The notes below the pieces were generated by a model. That model was not told the DNA's origin. It searched no databases and saw only the letters and a list, made by a program, of their open reading frames with translations. A stretch of DNA of 64,000 nucleotides. Source: Lentisphaerota bacterium. GTDB taxonomy: Bacteria; Verrucomicrobiota; Kiritimatiellia; CAIQIC01; Lenti-01. The position numbers were made by a program, and so were the translations under genes. The DNA is taken from the NCBI GenBank assembly GCA_012514035.1, contig JAAZBB010000015.1, positions 31,077 to 95,076 of the forward strand. Reading direction: 5' to 3'. This document shows, piece after piece, positions 17,992 through 27,738 of this stretch. The stretch's first letter is position 1. Each line of letters starts with the position of its first letter.

Positions 17992-18864
17992 TCAGGAGGG
18001 GGCGCCATCGGGAAGGGCCTCGGCGGCGGGCGGGGCCGGTTCCGGCGCGGCCGGCGCCTCGGCCGGCGCCTCGGCGGGCGCGGCTTCGGCGGCCTTGCGG
18101 CGTTTCAGAAATTCCCGGGCCAGCTGGCGATAGGCGGCGGCCCCGGTGCAATTGGGGTCGTAGGCGAGGATGGGCAGGCCGTGGGAGGGGGCTTCCGCCA
18201 GGCGCACGGAGCGGGGAATGACCGATTCGTAGATCTGGGCGGGGAAGTGCGTGCGGATTTCGTTGACGACCTGTTGGGAGAGATTGGTGCGCACGTCAAA
18301 CATGGTCATGACGATGCCTTCGACGGCCAGGCGGGGCGCGGCGCCGGTGTCGTGAAGCTTCTTGACCAGATTCAGGATGATGCTGATGCCTTCGAGCGCG
18401 TAGTATTCGCATTGCATGGGGATCAGCAATCCATCGGCGGCGCACAAGGCGTTCATGGTGAGAATGCCCAGGGATGGCGGGCAGTCCACGAGGATGAAAT
18501 CGTAGCGCGATTCGGCTGCCAGCGGCTCGAGGGCCAGCGCCAGGCGCTGCAGGTAGTGGTCGGCGCGGGCGACGTCGATCTCCGCCCCCGCCAGGTCCAC
18601 TTCCGAAGCGACCAGATCCAGGCGGTCCATGGCCGTTTTCTGGATGACGCTGGTCAACGGCTTGTCGCTCAACAGGATGTCGTAGATGCTGGCGCCTGCG
18701 GTCTTGGCCAGGCCCAGCCCGCTGGTGGCGTTGGCCTGGGGATCGAGATCGATCAGCAGCACCTTCTTGCGCCGCTCGGCCAGGCAGGCGGCCAGGTTGA
18801 CGGCTGTGGTCGTCTTGCCGACGCCGCCTTTCTGGTTGGCAATCGCGATGACGGGAGTGGGCAT
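17992..18864 (-). CDS. parA: ParA/Soj-family ATPase with Pro/Ala/Glu-rich C-terminal tail
   Basis: Deviant Walker [22 protein letters not shown] ribosome-binding site before ATG 18864. No parB adjacent. Confidence 0.85.
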   Translation of the reverse strand: MPTPVIAIANQKGGVGKTTTAVNLAACLAERRKKVLLIDLDPQANATSGLGLAKTAGASIYDILLSDKPLTSVIQKTAMDRLDLVASEVDLAGAEIDVARADHYLQRLALALEPLAAESRYDFILVDCPPSLGILTMNALCAADGLLIPMQCEYYALEGISIILNLVKKLHDTGAAPRLAVEGIVMTMFDVRTNLSQQVVNEIRTHFPAQIYESVIPRSVRLAEAPSHGLPILAYDPNCTGAAAYRQLAREFLKRRKAAEAAPAEAPAEAPAAPEPAPPAAEALPDGAPS

Positions 18865-18987
18865 TGAGGGGTATCCTTGTGCAACGGGTTTGGGGGGCAT
18901 TATAGCGGTTGGGATCGGCACGCAAACCTTTTTCGCCCGGGACCGTCCCCAGGAATAAAAGATGAAGCGCAGCGGAAATAAGGTAGA

Positions 18988-19698
18988 ATGGCCGCCGGGA
19001 TGAAGAAAGCGCGAAAACAATGGCTGGTGCTGTTCGACATCGACGGCACCCTGCTGGACACGCACGGGGCGGGGCGCGAGGCGTTCGTCCGGGGTCTGGC
19101 CCGGTGGTCGGGCGTCCGGGATGAACTGGCCGATGTGTCATTTGCGGGGAATACGGATCGCAACGTGCTGGATCAGGTGGCGGCAACCCGCGGATGGCGG
19201 CTGGGCCCGGCGGACATCCAGCGGATTTTCGGTTTCATTGCCGAGGAATTGCGGCAGCTCCTGCAGGACAGCCCGGCCCGGGCCATTGCCGGGGCGCACG
19301 ACTTGCTCGGGCGGCTGACTACGGCCGGCGCCGCGCTGGGGCTGGTGACCGGGAACATCCGCGTGTGCGCCTATCTCAAGCTGGGCAGCGTCGGATTCGA
19401 CCGGTTTTTCCGCTTCGGCGGCTTCGGCGACGACCATCCCCAACGGACCCGGATCGTTCACGCGGCGCTGGCGGCCGCGCGCGCGGCCGGCATCGACCTG
19501 GCGACCACCGCCGCCTGCCTGGTGGGCGATACGCCGTTCGATGTCGCCGCCGGCCAGGCGGCCGGCATGCCGGTCATCGGCGTGGCCACGGGGGCCTACG
19601 ACGAGGAGGCATTGCGGGCGGCGGGGGCGCAGCGGGTCGCGGGGGATTTGTCCGGCCCGGACCGGTTCCTGCAATGGATGGATGAAGCCCTGCGTTGA
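18988..19698 (+). CDS. HAD-family hydrolase (phosphoglycolate-phosphatase-like)
   Basis: [10 protein letters not shown] (DxDGT) motif I. An alternative ATG at 19000 is possible. Confidence 0.72.
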   Translation: MAAGMKKARKQWLVLFDIDGTLLDTHGAGREAFVRGLARWSGVRDELADVSFAGNTDRNVLDQVAATRGWRLGPADIQRIFGFIAEELRQLLQDSPARAIAGAHDLLGRLTTAGAALGLVTGNIRVCAYLKLGSVGFDRFFRFGGFGDDHPQRTRIVHAALAAARAAGIDLATTAACLVGDTPFDVAAGQAAGMPVIGVATGAYDEEALRAAGAQRVAGDLSGPDRFLQWMDEALR

Positions 19699-19722
19699 AT
19701 TTATAGGGAGATCGTTCGAACC

Positions 19723-21138
19723 ATGAGAAACACCAAGATTGTCGGCACCATCGGCCCCGCTTCGGATACCCGGGAAATCCTGGGGCGGATGCTGGACGCC
19801 GGCCTGAACGTTGTCCGGCTGAATTTTTCACACGGCACGCGCGAAGCGCATGCCGCCAAGATTGCCCTGGTACGGGAACTGGCCGCCGGGAAAGGGCTGC
19901 CGATCGCCATTTTGCAGGATCTGGCCGGGCCCAAGATCCGGACCGGGGCCTTTGCCTGCGGCAGCATCGAACTGCACCCCGGCGACGAATTCATCCTGAC
20001 CGCCCGCGATGTCCCCGGCAGCTCCCGGGAAGTGGGCTTGACCTATCGGGAACTGCCCCGCGACGTGAGCCCCGGCGACACCCTGCTGCTGGCCGACGGC
20101 GCGTTGGAATTGCGCGTGGAACAGGTGACCGGTCCCGACATCCATTGCCGCGTGATCCTGGGCGGCCGCCTGAGCAGCCACAAGGGCATCAACCTGCCCT
20201 CCCGCAGCGTGCGCGCGCCGATCCTGACCCCGAAGGATCACGAGGATCTCGCGTTCGGACTGGCCCAGGGCGTGGACTATGTCGCGCTCTCGTTCGTGCG
20301 CTCGGCGGCCGACATCGAAGTGGCGCGCGCCTTCATGCGCGCTCAGGGCCGCCAGTGCCCGCTCATCGCCAAGATCGAGAAGCATGAAGCCCTGGACCAA
20401 CTGGATGCGATCATCGCCGCGGTGGATGGCGTCATGGTCGCCCGCGGGGACCTCGGCGTGGATATCCCCCCGGAACAGGTGCCCACGGCGCAGCGGAAAA
20501 TCATTGAGAAAGCCAACTTCGCCGGCAAGCCGGTCATCACGGCCACGCAGATGCTCAAGAGCATGACCGAAGCGCCGCGGCCGACCCGCGCGGAAGTGAC
20601 CGATGTCACCAACGCCGTTCTGGAAGGCACCGACGCGGTGATGTTGTCGGAGGAGACCGCCATGGGCCGTTTTCCCGTGGAGGCGGTCGCCACCATGGCC
20701 CGGATCGCGGCGGAAGCGGAAAGATGGTATTCCCGGGAAGCCTGGCGCCACCGTCTCCAGCAGGCGCCTCCGGAGGATGATTCCGAGGCAATCGCCCGCT
20801 CCGCCTGTGCCCTGGCGGAAACGATCGGGGCGAAGGCGCTGGTGATTGCCACCCAGACCGGCGGTACTGCGCGCCTGGCGGCAAAAACGCGGCCGCGCCA
20901 GCCCATCCTGGCCGGGACGGCGGATCCGGAAGTCTATCGCCGCCTGGCGCTGGTCCGCGGCGTGCGCCCCGCACTGATCCGGCCTGTCGATCACCTGCGG
21001 GATTTATTGGCGGAACTCCACCGCGCCGGCAAGGCATCCGGATGCATGGTTCCGGGCGATATCGTCGTTTGCACGGCCGGCTTTCCCCTCGGCCAGGCCG
21101 GAGCCAGCAATCTCATCAAGGTCGAGATGGTCCCCTGA
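19723..21138 (+). CDS. pyk: pyruvate kinase
   Basis: KIVGTIGPAS...NFSHG, MVARGDLG, and a 471-aa length. Confidence 0.95.
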   Translation: MRNTKIVGTIGPASDTREILGRMLDAGLNVVRLNFSHGTREAHAAKIALVRELAAGKGLPIAILQDLAGPKIRTGAFACGSIELHPGDEFILTARDVPGSSREVGLTYRELPRDVSPGDTLLLADGALELRVEQVTGPDIHCRVILGGRLSSHKGINLPSRSVRAPILTPKDHEDLAFGLAQGVDYVALSFVRSAADIEVARAFMRAQGRQCPLIAKIEKHEALDQLDAIIAAVDGVMVARGDLGVDIPPEQVPTAQRKIIEKANFAGKPVITATQMLKSMTEAPRPTRAEVTDVTNAVLEGTDAVMLSEETAMGRFPVEAVATMARIAAEAERWYSREAWRHRLQQAPPEDDSEAIARSACALAETIGAKALVIATQTGGTARLAAKTRPRQPILAGTADPEVYRRLALVRGVRPALIRPVDHLRDLLAELHRAGKASGCMVPGDIVVCTAGFPLGQAGASNLIKVEMVP

Positions 21139-21158
21139 CATGGTGGATGGGATCGGGG

Positions 21159-21557
21159 CGCATCTCCGTTTCATTGACTTGCATTCCATTTTCCCCCTTC
21201 CTGTGGCCAGAGCCGGCCAGAGACCTCTCCAGAAACCCAACCGTCCGGGCATTGAGCCAACGCGCCCTGCCAACGACCAACAGCCGGCCCGGTCACCGCC
21301 CGGGCCTACAGCAAAACCAAGCCGCCCGCCCGCTGTCCGCAGGACCTGCATACCGGCGGTTGCTTTGGAATTTGCATAAGTAGGTTATGGTTCGGGCGGG
21401 CCCCACCACCTTGTGTGGTGGGGGAGCAAACTTTGCCTCCCATGGCGCAAGGCCATGGGGGGGCGAAACAACCAAGTTCATCACCCATATTAGCAAGGCT
21501 CAATAAAGAAACCGCCATCCCTTGCCCCACGGTCGCTGCCACTCATGTCAATGAACC
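21159..21557. repeat. mosaic interspersed repeat block (modules B', A, D')
   Basis: 21159-21363 is the reverse complement of 49312-49521. 21380-21483 is about 95% identical to 43422-43532. 21506-21557 is the reverse complement of 49244-49294. Confidence 0.85.
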
Positions 21558-21634
21558 GAAGAGGCGGCCCATGAGATCGTTGATTGATTGGTTCTGATTG
21601 AGTTCTGCGCCGGGGATTGGCATGATGCCGCCCT

Positions 21635-22327
21635 ATGTCGCACAAGCGCACGCACGAGATTGCCTGTCCCTTCTGCGGGCGGGAGCAGCGGGTGGACCTG
21701 TGGGATTCCATCTGCGCGGACGAGCAGCCGGAACTGCGCGAGGCCCTGCTGCTGAACCGGGTCAACCGCGTGGAGTGCGCCGGCTGCGGGAAGAGTTTCC
21801 GCATCGACAAGCCCCTGGTCTATCGCGATGGGCGGCGGAATATTTTCATTCACTTCGATCCGCTGATCGGCGGTCGCACCTTGGCCGACGTGGAGGAATC
21901 CTTCCGCCAGGCGCAGGCGGAACTGAATGGTCTGCTGCCCGCGGATGTTGCCCCCCTCCAGGTCCACCTCGTGGTGGAATGGAGCGAGCTGATCGAACGG
22001 ATTTTTCTGCTGGAAGCCGGTCTGGATGCGCGCCTGGTGGAACACATCAAGTACCTCATGTATCGGCAGAACGCCGGCAAGCTCCCCGCCGACCGGAAAG
22101 GTCTCCTGTTCGATGCCCAGGACTCGACCGTTGATCAGCTCTGCTTTGTGGTCCAGGACCGCGCCACCCGGAAACTGGAAGCCGTTTTGAATTTCGCGCG
22201 GGCGGACTACGCGGCGCTGGCCAACGTGTTTCAAGCGGACGGTCAAGGGGGCCTGCTGGCAGAGCAGTTTCCAGGACCCTATCTGAATGGTCGCCTTCGT
22301 TTCCTGCAGGATCAGGCGGAACAATAA
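21635..22327 (+). CDS. CpXC domain-containing protein
   Basis: CPFCG...CAGCG paired Cys motifs typical of CpXC proteins. Confidence 0.55.
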   Translation: MSHKRTHEIACPFCGREQRVDLWDSICADEQPELREALLLNRVNRVECAGCGKSFRIDKPLVYRDGRRNIFIHFDPLIGGRTLADVEESFRQAQAELNGLLPADVAPLQVHLVVEWSELIERIFLLEAGLDARLVEHIKYLMYRQNAGKLPADRKGLLFDAQDSTVDQLCFVVQDRATRKLEAVLNFARADYAALANVFQADGQGGLLAEQFPGPYLNGRLRFLQDQAEQ

Positions 22328-23008
22328 GTGGGCGGCGCCATGGCCAGGGAATCGCTTGAACACCAGCAGGCCCGCGCCCGACTCATTCTGCGGAGGCTGA
22401 AAAAAAACTATCCGGATGCCAAATGCGAGTTGGACTGGTCAACGCCTCTCGAACTGGCGGTCGCCGCCATCCTGTCCGCGCAATGCACCGACCGGCGCGT
22501 GAATCTGGTGACCCCGGCGCTGTTCCGGAAATACCGTTCCGCCCGCGACTGGGCGCAGGCGTCGCCCGTCACCCTGGAACGGGAATTTCATTCCACGGGC
22601 TTCTTTCGCAACAAGGCCAAAAACGTGCGCGCCTTGATGGCGCGGCTGGAGGCGGAATTCTCCGGTGACCTGCCGGGCGACTTCGACACCCTGGTTTCAT
22701 TGCCGGGCATTGGCCGCAAAACCGCCAACCTGCTGATGGCGACGGTGTTCGGGGTGCCGGGTCTGGTGGTGGATACCCATTTTATCCGGCTTTCCAACCG
22801 GCTGGGGTTTGTGCGCAATGAGCAGGATGCGGTGAAGATCGAACGGGCCATGGGCCGGATCGTGCCGGAAAAAGACTGGACGGACTGGTCGCATGCCATG
22901 GTGTTCCACGGGCGGCGTTGCTGTTTCGCGCGGAATCCCGATTGCACGGGCTGCTCGATCCGGATGCAGTGCCCTGCGGCGCCATCCGGCGGGAAATCGC
23001 CGAAGTAG
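22328..23008 (+). CDS. nth: endonuclease III
   Basis: Helix-hairpin-helix LPGIGRKTANLL and a FeS cluster motif CxxxxxxCxxCxxxxxC at the C-terminus. Confidence 0.9.
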   Translation: MGGAMARESLEHQQARARLILRRLKKNYPDAKCELDWSTPLELAVAAILSAQCTDRRVNLVTPALFRKYRSARDWAQASPVTLEREFHSTGFFRNKAKNVRALMARLEAEFSGDLPGDFDTLVSLPGIGRKTANLLMATVFGVPGLVVDTHFIRLSNRLGFVRNEQDAVKIERAMGRIVPEKDWTDWSHAMVFHGRRCCFARNPDCTGCSIRMQCPAAPSGGKSPK

Positions 23009-23012
23009 CGGG

Positions 23013-24614
23013 ATGGATAACCGCAACGTCATCCGGTTTGCGTTCACGGTGGGGGGATTCACGATGCTCAGCCGCGTGCTGGGCATGGTGCGCGACATCC
23101 TGACCGCGGGCGTGTTCGGCACGTCCCTGGCCATGTCGTCGTTCGTGGTGGCCTTCCGCATTCCCAACCTGTTTCGGGCGCTGTTCGGCGAAGGAGCCCT
23201 TTCATCGGCCTTCATTCCGGTGTTCATGGACTCGCGCCGCAAGGAGGGGGAAGAAGCGGCCTGGCGGCTGGCCCGCCGGGTTGTCACGCTGGTGGGTGCG
23301 GTGCTGATCGGGATCGTGGTCCTGGGCATTGCCGGGATGAGCGCGGCGCTGCTGTGGCCGGGGCTCAACGCCAAGGCCGCCGCGGTGCTCCCGCTGGCGC
23401 GCATCATGCTCCCGTACGTCTTTTTCATCTGCATGGCGGCCCTGGCCATGGCCGTCCTGAATTCTTATCGCAAATTTTCGGTTTCGGCCTTCACGCCGGC
23501 CCTGCTGAACATCACCTGGATCCTGGCGGTGCTGTTCATCATCCCGCTGACCGGAAGCAGCCCCGCCCGCCGGATCCAGGCGCTCGCCTGGACGGTCTTT
23601 GTCGCCGGCGCGGTTCAATTGGCCTATCAACTGCCCTCGCTCTGGCGCGTGGGCTGGCGGCCGGGGGTGGATACGGACTGGCGCGATCCCCGGGTAAAGC
23701 AGGTCTTTCTGCTGATGGGCCCGTCCGCCCTGGGCCTTGCGGTGAACCAGATCAACGTCATGGTCAACAGCATGATCGCCCTGTGGGTGGGTGTCTGGGC
23801 GCCCTCTGCGCTCTTCTATGCGGAACGCCTGATCTACTTTCCCCAAGGGATTCTGGCCACCGCACTGGGGACGGTGCTGCTGCCGGTGCTCTCGGATTTC
23901 GCGGCGCAGAACAAGCATCGCGAGATGCGCGCCGCCATTCACCACGGCCTGCGCACGCTGCTGTTCGTGATGACGCCCGCCGCCGTCGGGCTGTTTGTAC
24001 TGGCCGGCCCCATTGTCCAGATGTTGCTGGAGCGCGGGGCGTTCGACCCCAGGAGTACCGTCCTGACCGCCCGCGCTCTCTCGTTCTATGCCCCTGGCCT
24101 GATGGTGTTCTGCCTGGCCAAGGTGTTCGTTCCTGCGTTCTACGCCCTGCAGGACACCCGCACGCCCGTCAAGATCGGCGTCTGCGGGGTCATGCTGAAC
24201 CTGACTCTCAACGTGGCCTCCGCCTTGACGCTTCCCGAAGAATGGCGTCACGCGGGCATGGCGTTTTCCACGGTGATCGCCGAAGGCTTCAACGGCCTGA
24301 TGCTGGCCTGGTTCCTGCGACGCGCGCTGGGACCGTTCGGCCTGCGCGGAATCCTCCTGGGCCTGGCCCGTGCCCTTGGGGCGGCGGCGGCCATGGGCGC
24401 GGTGGCGTACGGGGCCGAACGGGCACTGACGACCTGGCTCTACATCTATTTGCCGCACAAGATCGCCCAGATCATCGGCGTGCCCGCCGCCATCGTCCTC
24501 GGCGCCGCGGTCTATTTCGGCCTGGCCCGCATCTTTCGATTTCCCGAGCTGGGCTATGTGCTGGATGCCCTGCGGAGCAGGCGGAAGCCGCCCGTACCGG
24601 AGCCGGTCCTGTGA
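23013..24614 (+). CDS. murJ: murein biosynthesis lipid II flippase MurJ
   Basis: IRFAFTVGGFTMLSRVLGMVRDILTAGVFG N-terminal MurJ signature in a 14-TM-type protein. Confidence 0.9.
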   Translation: MDNRNVIRFAFTVGGFTMLSRVLGMVRDILTAGVFGTSLAMSSFVVAFRIPNLFRALFGEGALSSAFIPVFMDSRRKEGEEAAWRLARRVVTLVGAVLIGIVVLGIAGMSAALLWPGLNAKAAAVLPLARIMLPYVFFICMAALAMAVLNSYRKFSVSAFTPALLNITWILAVLFIIPLTGSSPARRIQALAWTVFVAGAVQLAYQLPSLWRVGWRPGVDTDWRDPRVKQVFLLMGPSALGLAVNQINVMVNSMIALWVGVWAPSALFYAERLIYFPQGILATALGTVLLPVLSDFAAQNKHREMRAAIHHGLRTLLFVMTPAAVGLFVLAGPIVQMLLERGAFDPRSTVLTARALSFYAPGLMVFCLAKVFVPAFYALQDTRTPVKIGVCGVMLNLTLNVASALTLPEEWRHAGMAFSTVIAEGFNGLMLAWFLRRALGPFGLRGILLGLARALGAAAAMGAVAYGAERALTTWLYIYLPHKIAQIIGVPAAIVLGAAVYFGLARIFRFPELGYVLDALRSRRKPPVPEPVL

Positions 24615-25114
24615 ACATCATCCTGACCGGTTCCATTGGCGCGGGCAAAAGCACCGTGGTCCGCGCCGCGATGAACCGGCTGGGCTGGCGCGAGCCCGCC
24701 GGCTACTTCACCCGCTGGGGGGATCCCGGGCGAACCCTCTTCATCGAAACCTGGAATGGCCGGGCCACCCCGGTGGCCCGCCCCGCGGCCGCCGCCCCCG
24801 ATGCCCTCTCTCCGCCCCTGGTATTTGACCGGGCGCGGTTTACTCGCGAGGCCATGGCCGCTCTGACGCCGGGTTCTGGAAATCCGGTGGTTGTGGATGA
24901 ACTGGGCGTGTTGGAATTAGGCGCCGACGATCTGGCCCGCCGTCTGGCCGCGGTGTTCCAGGGGCCGGCAGGCGTCCTGGCCGTGATTCAGCAGCGCGCA
25001 TTTGAACGCTGGATGGCCATCCTCGATCCCCGCACCCTCACGCACGTCTTCACCGTGGATTCCTCCACCCGCAACGATCTGCCTGCCCGAATCGCCGCGC
25101 TCTTCCAGGCCTGA
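24611..25114 (+). CDS. small P-loop NTPase (THEP1/NTPase_1-like)
   Basis: GTG start overlapping the murJ stop. Walker A GSIGAGKST and Walker B-like VVVDELG. Confidence 0.5.
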   Translation: MNIILTGSIGAGKSTVVRAAMNRLGWREPAGYFTRWGDPGRTLFIETWNGRATPVARPAAAAPDALSPPLVFDRARFTREAMAALTPGSGNPVVVDELGVLELGADDLARRLAAVFQGPAGVLAVIQQRAFERWMAILDPRTLTHVFTVDSSTRNDLPARIAALFQA

Positions 25115-25304
25115 GCTCCAGCCGGAAGGCCGCCCTGCAAACACGCTCCGTTCGCAGTCCACGCTTCAGCGTGCGGAAATTCCTGCGCCCAGCCACCAAG
25201 CCCGCGCCCCGCGAAGACCTTTACATCCCCGAAATCATCTGTCAGTCTCATCTTGATGTATTTGCCGGTGGAATAGCCCCGGGCGGCAGGGAGAATGGGC
25301 CCCA

Positions 25305-26081
25305 ATGGTTCGATGGTGGCGCGAAATCTTTTCAAAGCGGGAGTTGGTCTGGATCCTGATCGAGCGGAATCTCAAGATCCGCTATAAAAACTCCTTTCTG
25401 GGCTTTTTCTGGTCGTTGCTCGGCCCGCTGTCCCTGATTGCCATCTACAGCATTTTCCTGTCCCTGATCCGCATACCGATTGCCCTGCCCACCCTGGTCA
25501 GCGGCATCATCATCTGGCAGTTTCTGGCCATGTGCATGGGCGATGCCCTGCACAGCATCGTCGGCAATGCCAACCTGGTCACCAAGGCGGCCTTTCCCCG
25601 TCTGATTTTGCCCCTGTCCATGGTGGGGGCGAATGCCGTCAATTTCCTGTTTTCGTTTGCCGTGCTGCTGGCCTATCTGTTGGCGGCGGGGGCGGACTTC
25701 GGGCCGGTCCTGATGCTGCCGGTGATCCTGCTTACCCAGACCGCCCTGTGCCTGGGCATGGCGCTCATGATTGGAGCCGCCAACGTGTTCTTCCGCGACA
25801 CCGAGCATGTGCTGTCCGTCGTCATGCTGGCGTGGTTCTTCCTTTCTCCCGTCATCTACGGGCCGGAACTCGTCATGACGTCCTTCCCCCGATGGGTTCA
25901 TATCCTGTTTTTCCTGAATCCAATGAGCGGCATTCTGACGGCCTACCGCGGGGCGCTGCTCTCGCAGCAGGCCGCGGGTTTTGGCCTGGTCGCCCTGTCC
26001 TTTGGGGTCGCCTGGGCGATTTTCCTGATCGGCCTGGGGGTGTTCCGCGCCGTGGAACCGCGTTTTGGAGATGAACTGTGA
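25305..26081 (+). CDS. ABC-2 type polysaccharide/O-antigen exporter permease (Wzm/TagG-like)
   Basis: RNLKIRYKNSFLGFFWSLLGPL ABC-2 signature with six transmembrane segments. Confidence 0.8.
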   Translation: MVRWWREIFSKRELVWILIERNLKIRYKNSFLGFFWSLLGPLSLIAIYSIFLSLIRIPIALPTLVSGIIIWQFLAMCMGDALHSIVGNANLVTKAAFPRLILPLSMVGANAVNFLFSFAVLLAYLLAAGADFGPVLMLPVILLTQTALCLGMALMIGAANVFFRDTEHVLSVVMLAWFFLSPVIYGPELVMTSFPRWVHILFFLNPMSGILTAYRGALLSQQAAGFGLVALSFGVAWAIFLIGLGVFRAVEPRFGDEL

Positions 26082-27292
26082 CAGACCCGGTCCAGGACAA
26101 TCGCGCGATTGTCGTCGAACAGATGGGCAAATGCTTCCGCCTCCAACGGTCGGGAACCCGCACCGTCAAATCCGCCGTCCTGGATCTCGTGCGGAACCGG
26201 GGCGCCGGGAAAAACGCCTTCTGGGCCCTGCGGGATATTGATTTTTCGGTGGGCCGCGGCGAGACGCTGGGGATTGTCGGCGCCAACGGCGCCGGTAAAA
26301 GCACTCTGCTTTCCCTGCTGGCGGGCACGAAAGTTCCGACCACCGGCCGGATCCGGACCTCCGGCACCGTCTCTTCCCTGCTGGAGCTCGGGGCCGGCTT
26401 TCATCCCGACCTCACAGGCCGCGAAAACGTCTTCCTGGCCGGCGCGATCATGGGCCTGAGCCGTCGGCAGATGCGCGAGCGCTTCGAGGCCATCGTCGAT
26501 TTTGCCGGTCTCCGGGATTTCATCGACCAGCCCGTCAAACACTATTCCTCCGGCATGTACGTGCGCCTTGGGTTTGCCGTGGCTGTCGAGGTCGATCCCG
26601 ACATCCTCCTGATCGATGAAGTCCTGGCCGTCGGCGATGACAACTTCCAGAAGAAATGCCTCGGCAAGATTGACGCCTTTCGCCGGGCCGGCAAAACCAT
26701 GCTGATCATCTCCCACGATCTTCCGACGATCCAGTCCATCAGCGATCGCATTCTATTCCTGGAAGAAGGCCGCATGGCCGGCCTGGGCGACCCGCATGAA
26801 GTGGTCGGCCGCTACCGGGCCTCTGCGCGGGCACGCCAGGCCGGCGGCCATGAGCGGGAGTGGGGCACCGGCGAGGCGCGCATCGCAGACGTGGTGTTCG
26901 AAGACGAAGCCGGCCGGAAAACCGACACGTTTTCTTCGGGCGGCCTCCTCCGTTGCCGCATCCGCTTCCAGTCGCAAATCCGCATCGAGGATCCCGTTTT
27001 TGGTTTTGCGCTGGCCGATGCCAATGCCCGGCTTGTTTTCGGCAGCAATACGCAGATCGAGGGGTTCCGCATCCCCGCCATCGAAGGTGAAGGCGAAGTG
27101 GTGCTCATCTTGCGGGATCTGCCGATGGGCACCGGCAACTACCTGTTCTCGTTTTCGCTCCACTCCGCCGACCACCGGACCAATTACCACCGGCTGGACC
27201 ATTGTTTCTCCATCTCCGTATTGAGCCCCAGCCGGTTTGAAGGCGTCTGCCGCATTCCCTGCCAGTGGCAACTGCCGCCGGCAACTACCTAA
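26078..27292 (+). CDS. ABC transporter ATP-binding protein with C-terminal extension (Wzt/TagH-like)
   Basis: Walker A GANGAGKST, signature YSSGM, Walker B LLIDEV. The roughly 150-aa C-terminal extension is typical of O-antigen-binding Wzt. Confidence 0.85.
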   Translation: MTDPVQDNRAIVVEQMGKCFRLQRSGTRTVKSAVLDLVRNRGAGKNAFWALRDIDFSVGRGETLGIVGANGAGKSTLLSLLAGTKVPTTGRIRTSGTVSSLLELGAGFHPDLTGRENVFLAGAIMGLSRRQMRERFEAIVDFAGLRDFIDQPVKHYSSGMYVRLGFAVAVEVDPDILLIDEVLAVGDDNFQKKCLGKIDAFRRAGKTMLIISHDLPTIQSISDRILFLEEGRMAGLGDPHEVVGRYRASARARQAGGHEREWGTGEARIADVVFEDEAGRKTDTFSSGGLLRCRIRFQSQIRIEDPVFGFALADANARLVFGSNTQIEGFRIPAIEGEGEVVLILRDLPMGTGNYLFSFSLHSADHRTNYHRLDHCFSISVLSPSRFEGVCRIPCQWQLPPATT

Positions 27293-27738
27293 CCGCAGAG
27301 GACCGCAGAGGAACACAGAGAAATATCCCGTGCTTAGCAGGAAAACAGGAAACCCAGGAAAACAGGAAGGGAATGATAGCCATTTTTCTATCACGCGAAG
27401 GCATGAAACCACCGGCTGCGGACAGGGAAGGCAGGGACGCCACTGAAACCTTCTCACGCTGAAGCGGGTACTAATAACGAGTTGTGTTTGTAGTCCAGCC
27501 TTTCAGGCTGCAAATTCGGCTTTTTATCGCGAAAAACGCCCCTTTTTGATGAAAATTTCAATAAATTGCCGGATTTTTGATTATTTTGCCTAAAAAATGC
27601 CTAAAAAATGCCAAAAATATGCCAAATTTTCCTGTTTTCCTGTTTTTCCTGCTTTCTTGCTTCGGTTTTGGGCTGTTCCTCCTGTAAATTTTGAAAAATT
27701 CTGTTCCTCCTGTCTAAATTCTTAGTAATTTGACCAAA
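27293..27738. promoter_or_regulatory. AT-rich structured intergenic region with inverted (CAGGAAAA)x3 / (TTTTCCTG)x3 arrays and TGCC-A6 tandem repeats
   Basis: 27338-27369 CAGGAAAACAGGAAACCCAGGAAAACAGGAAGG and 27627-27652 TTTTCCTGTTTTCCTGTTTTTCCTGC are inverted. TGCCTAAAAAA appears twice in tandem. TTCCTCCTGTCTAAATT appears twice before the ATG at 27739. Confidence 0.5.

Noticed and set aside
21380-21483. Module A as a known ncRNA (riboswitch, 6S, tmRNA, RNase P).
   Set aside because: At about 105 nt with two simple hairpins, a second copy elsewhere and no recognisable conserved core motifs of those RNAs, it is better described as an interspersed REP/MITE-like element. An sRNA is not excluded.
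21004-21597. Several 60-115-aa ORFs in the pyk-CpXC intergenic region.
   Set aside because: They lie entirely within repeat modules B, A and D.
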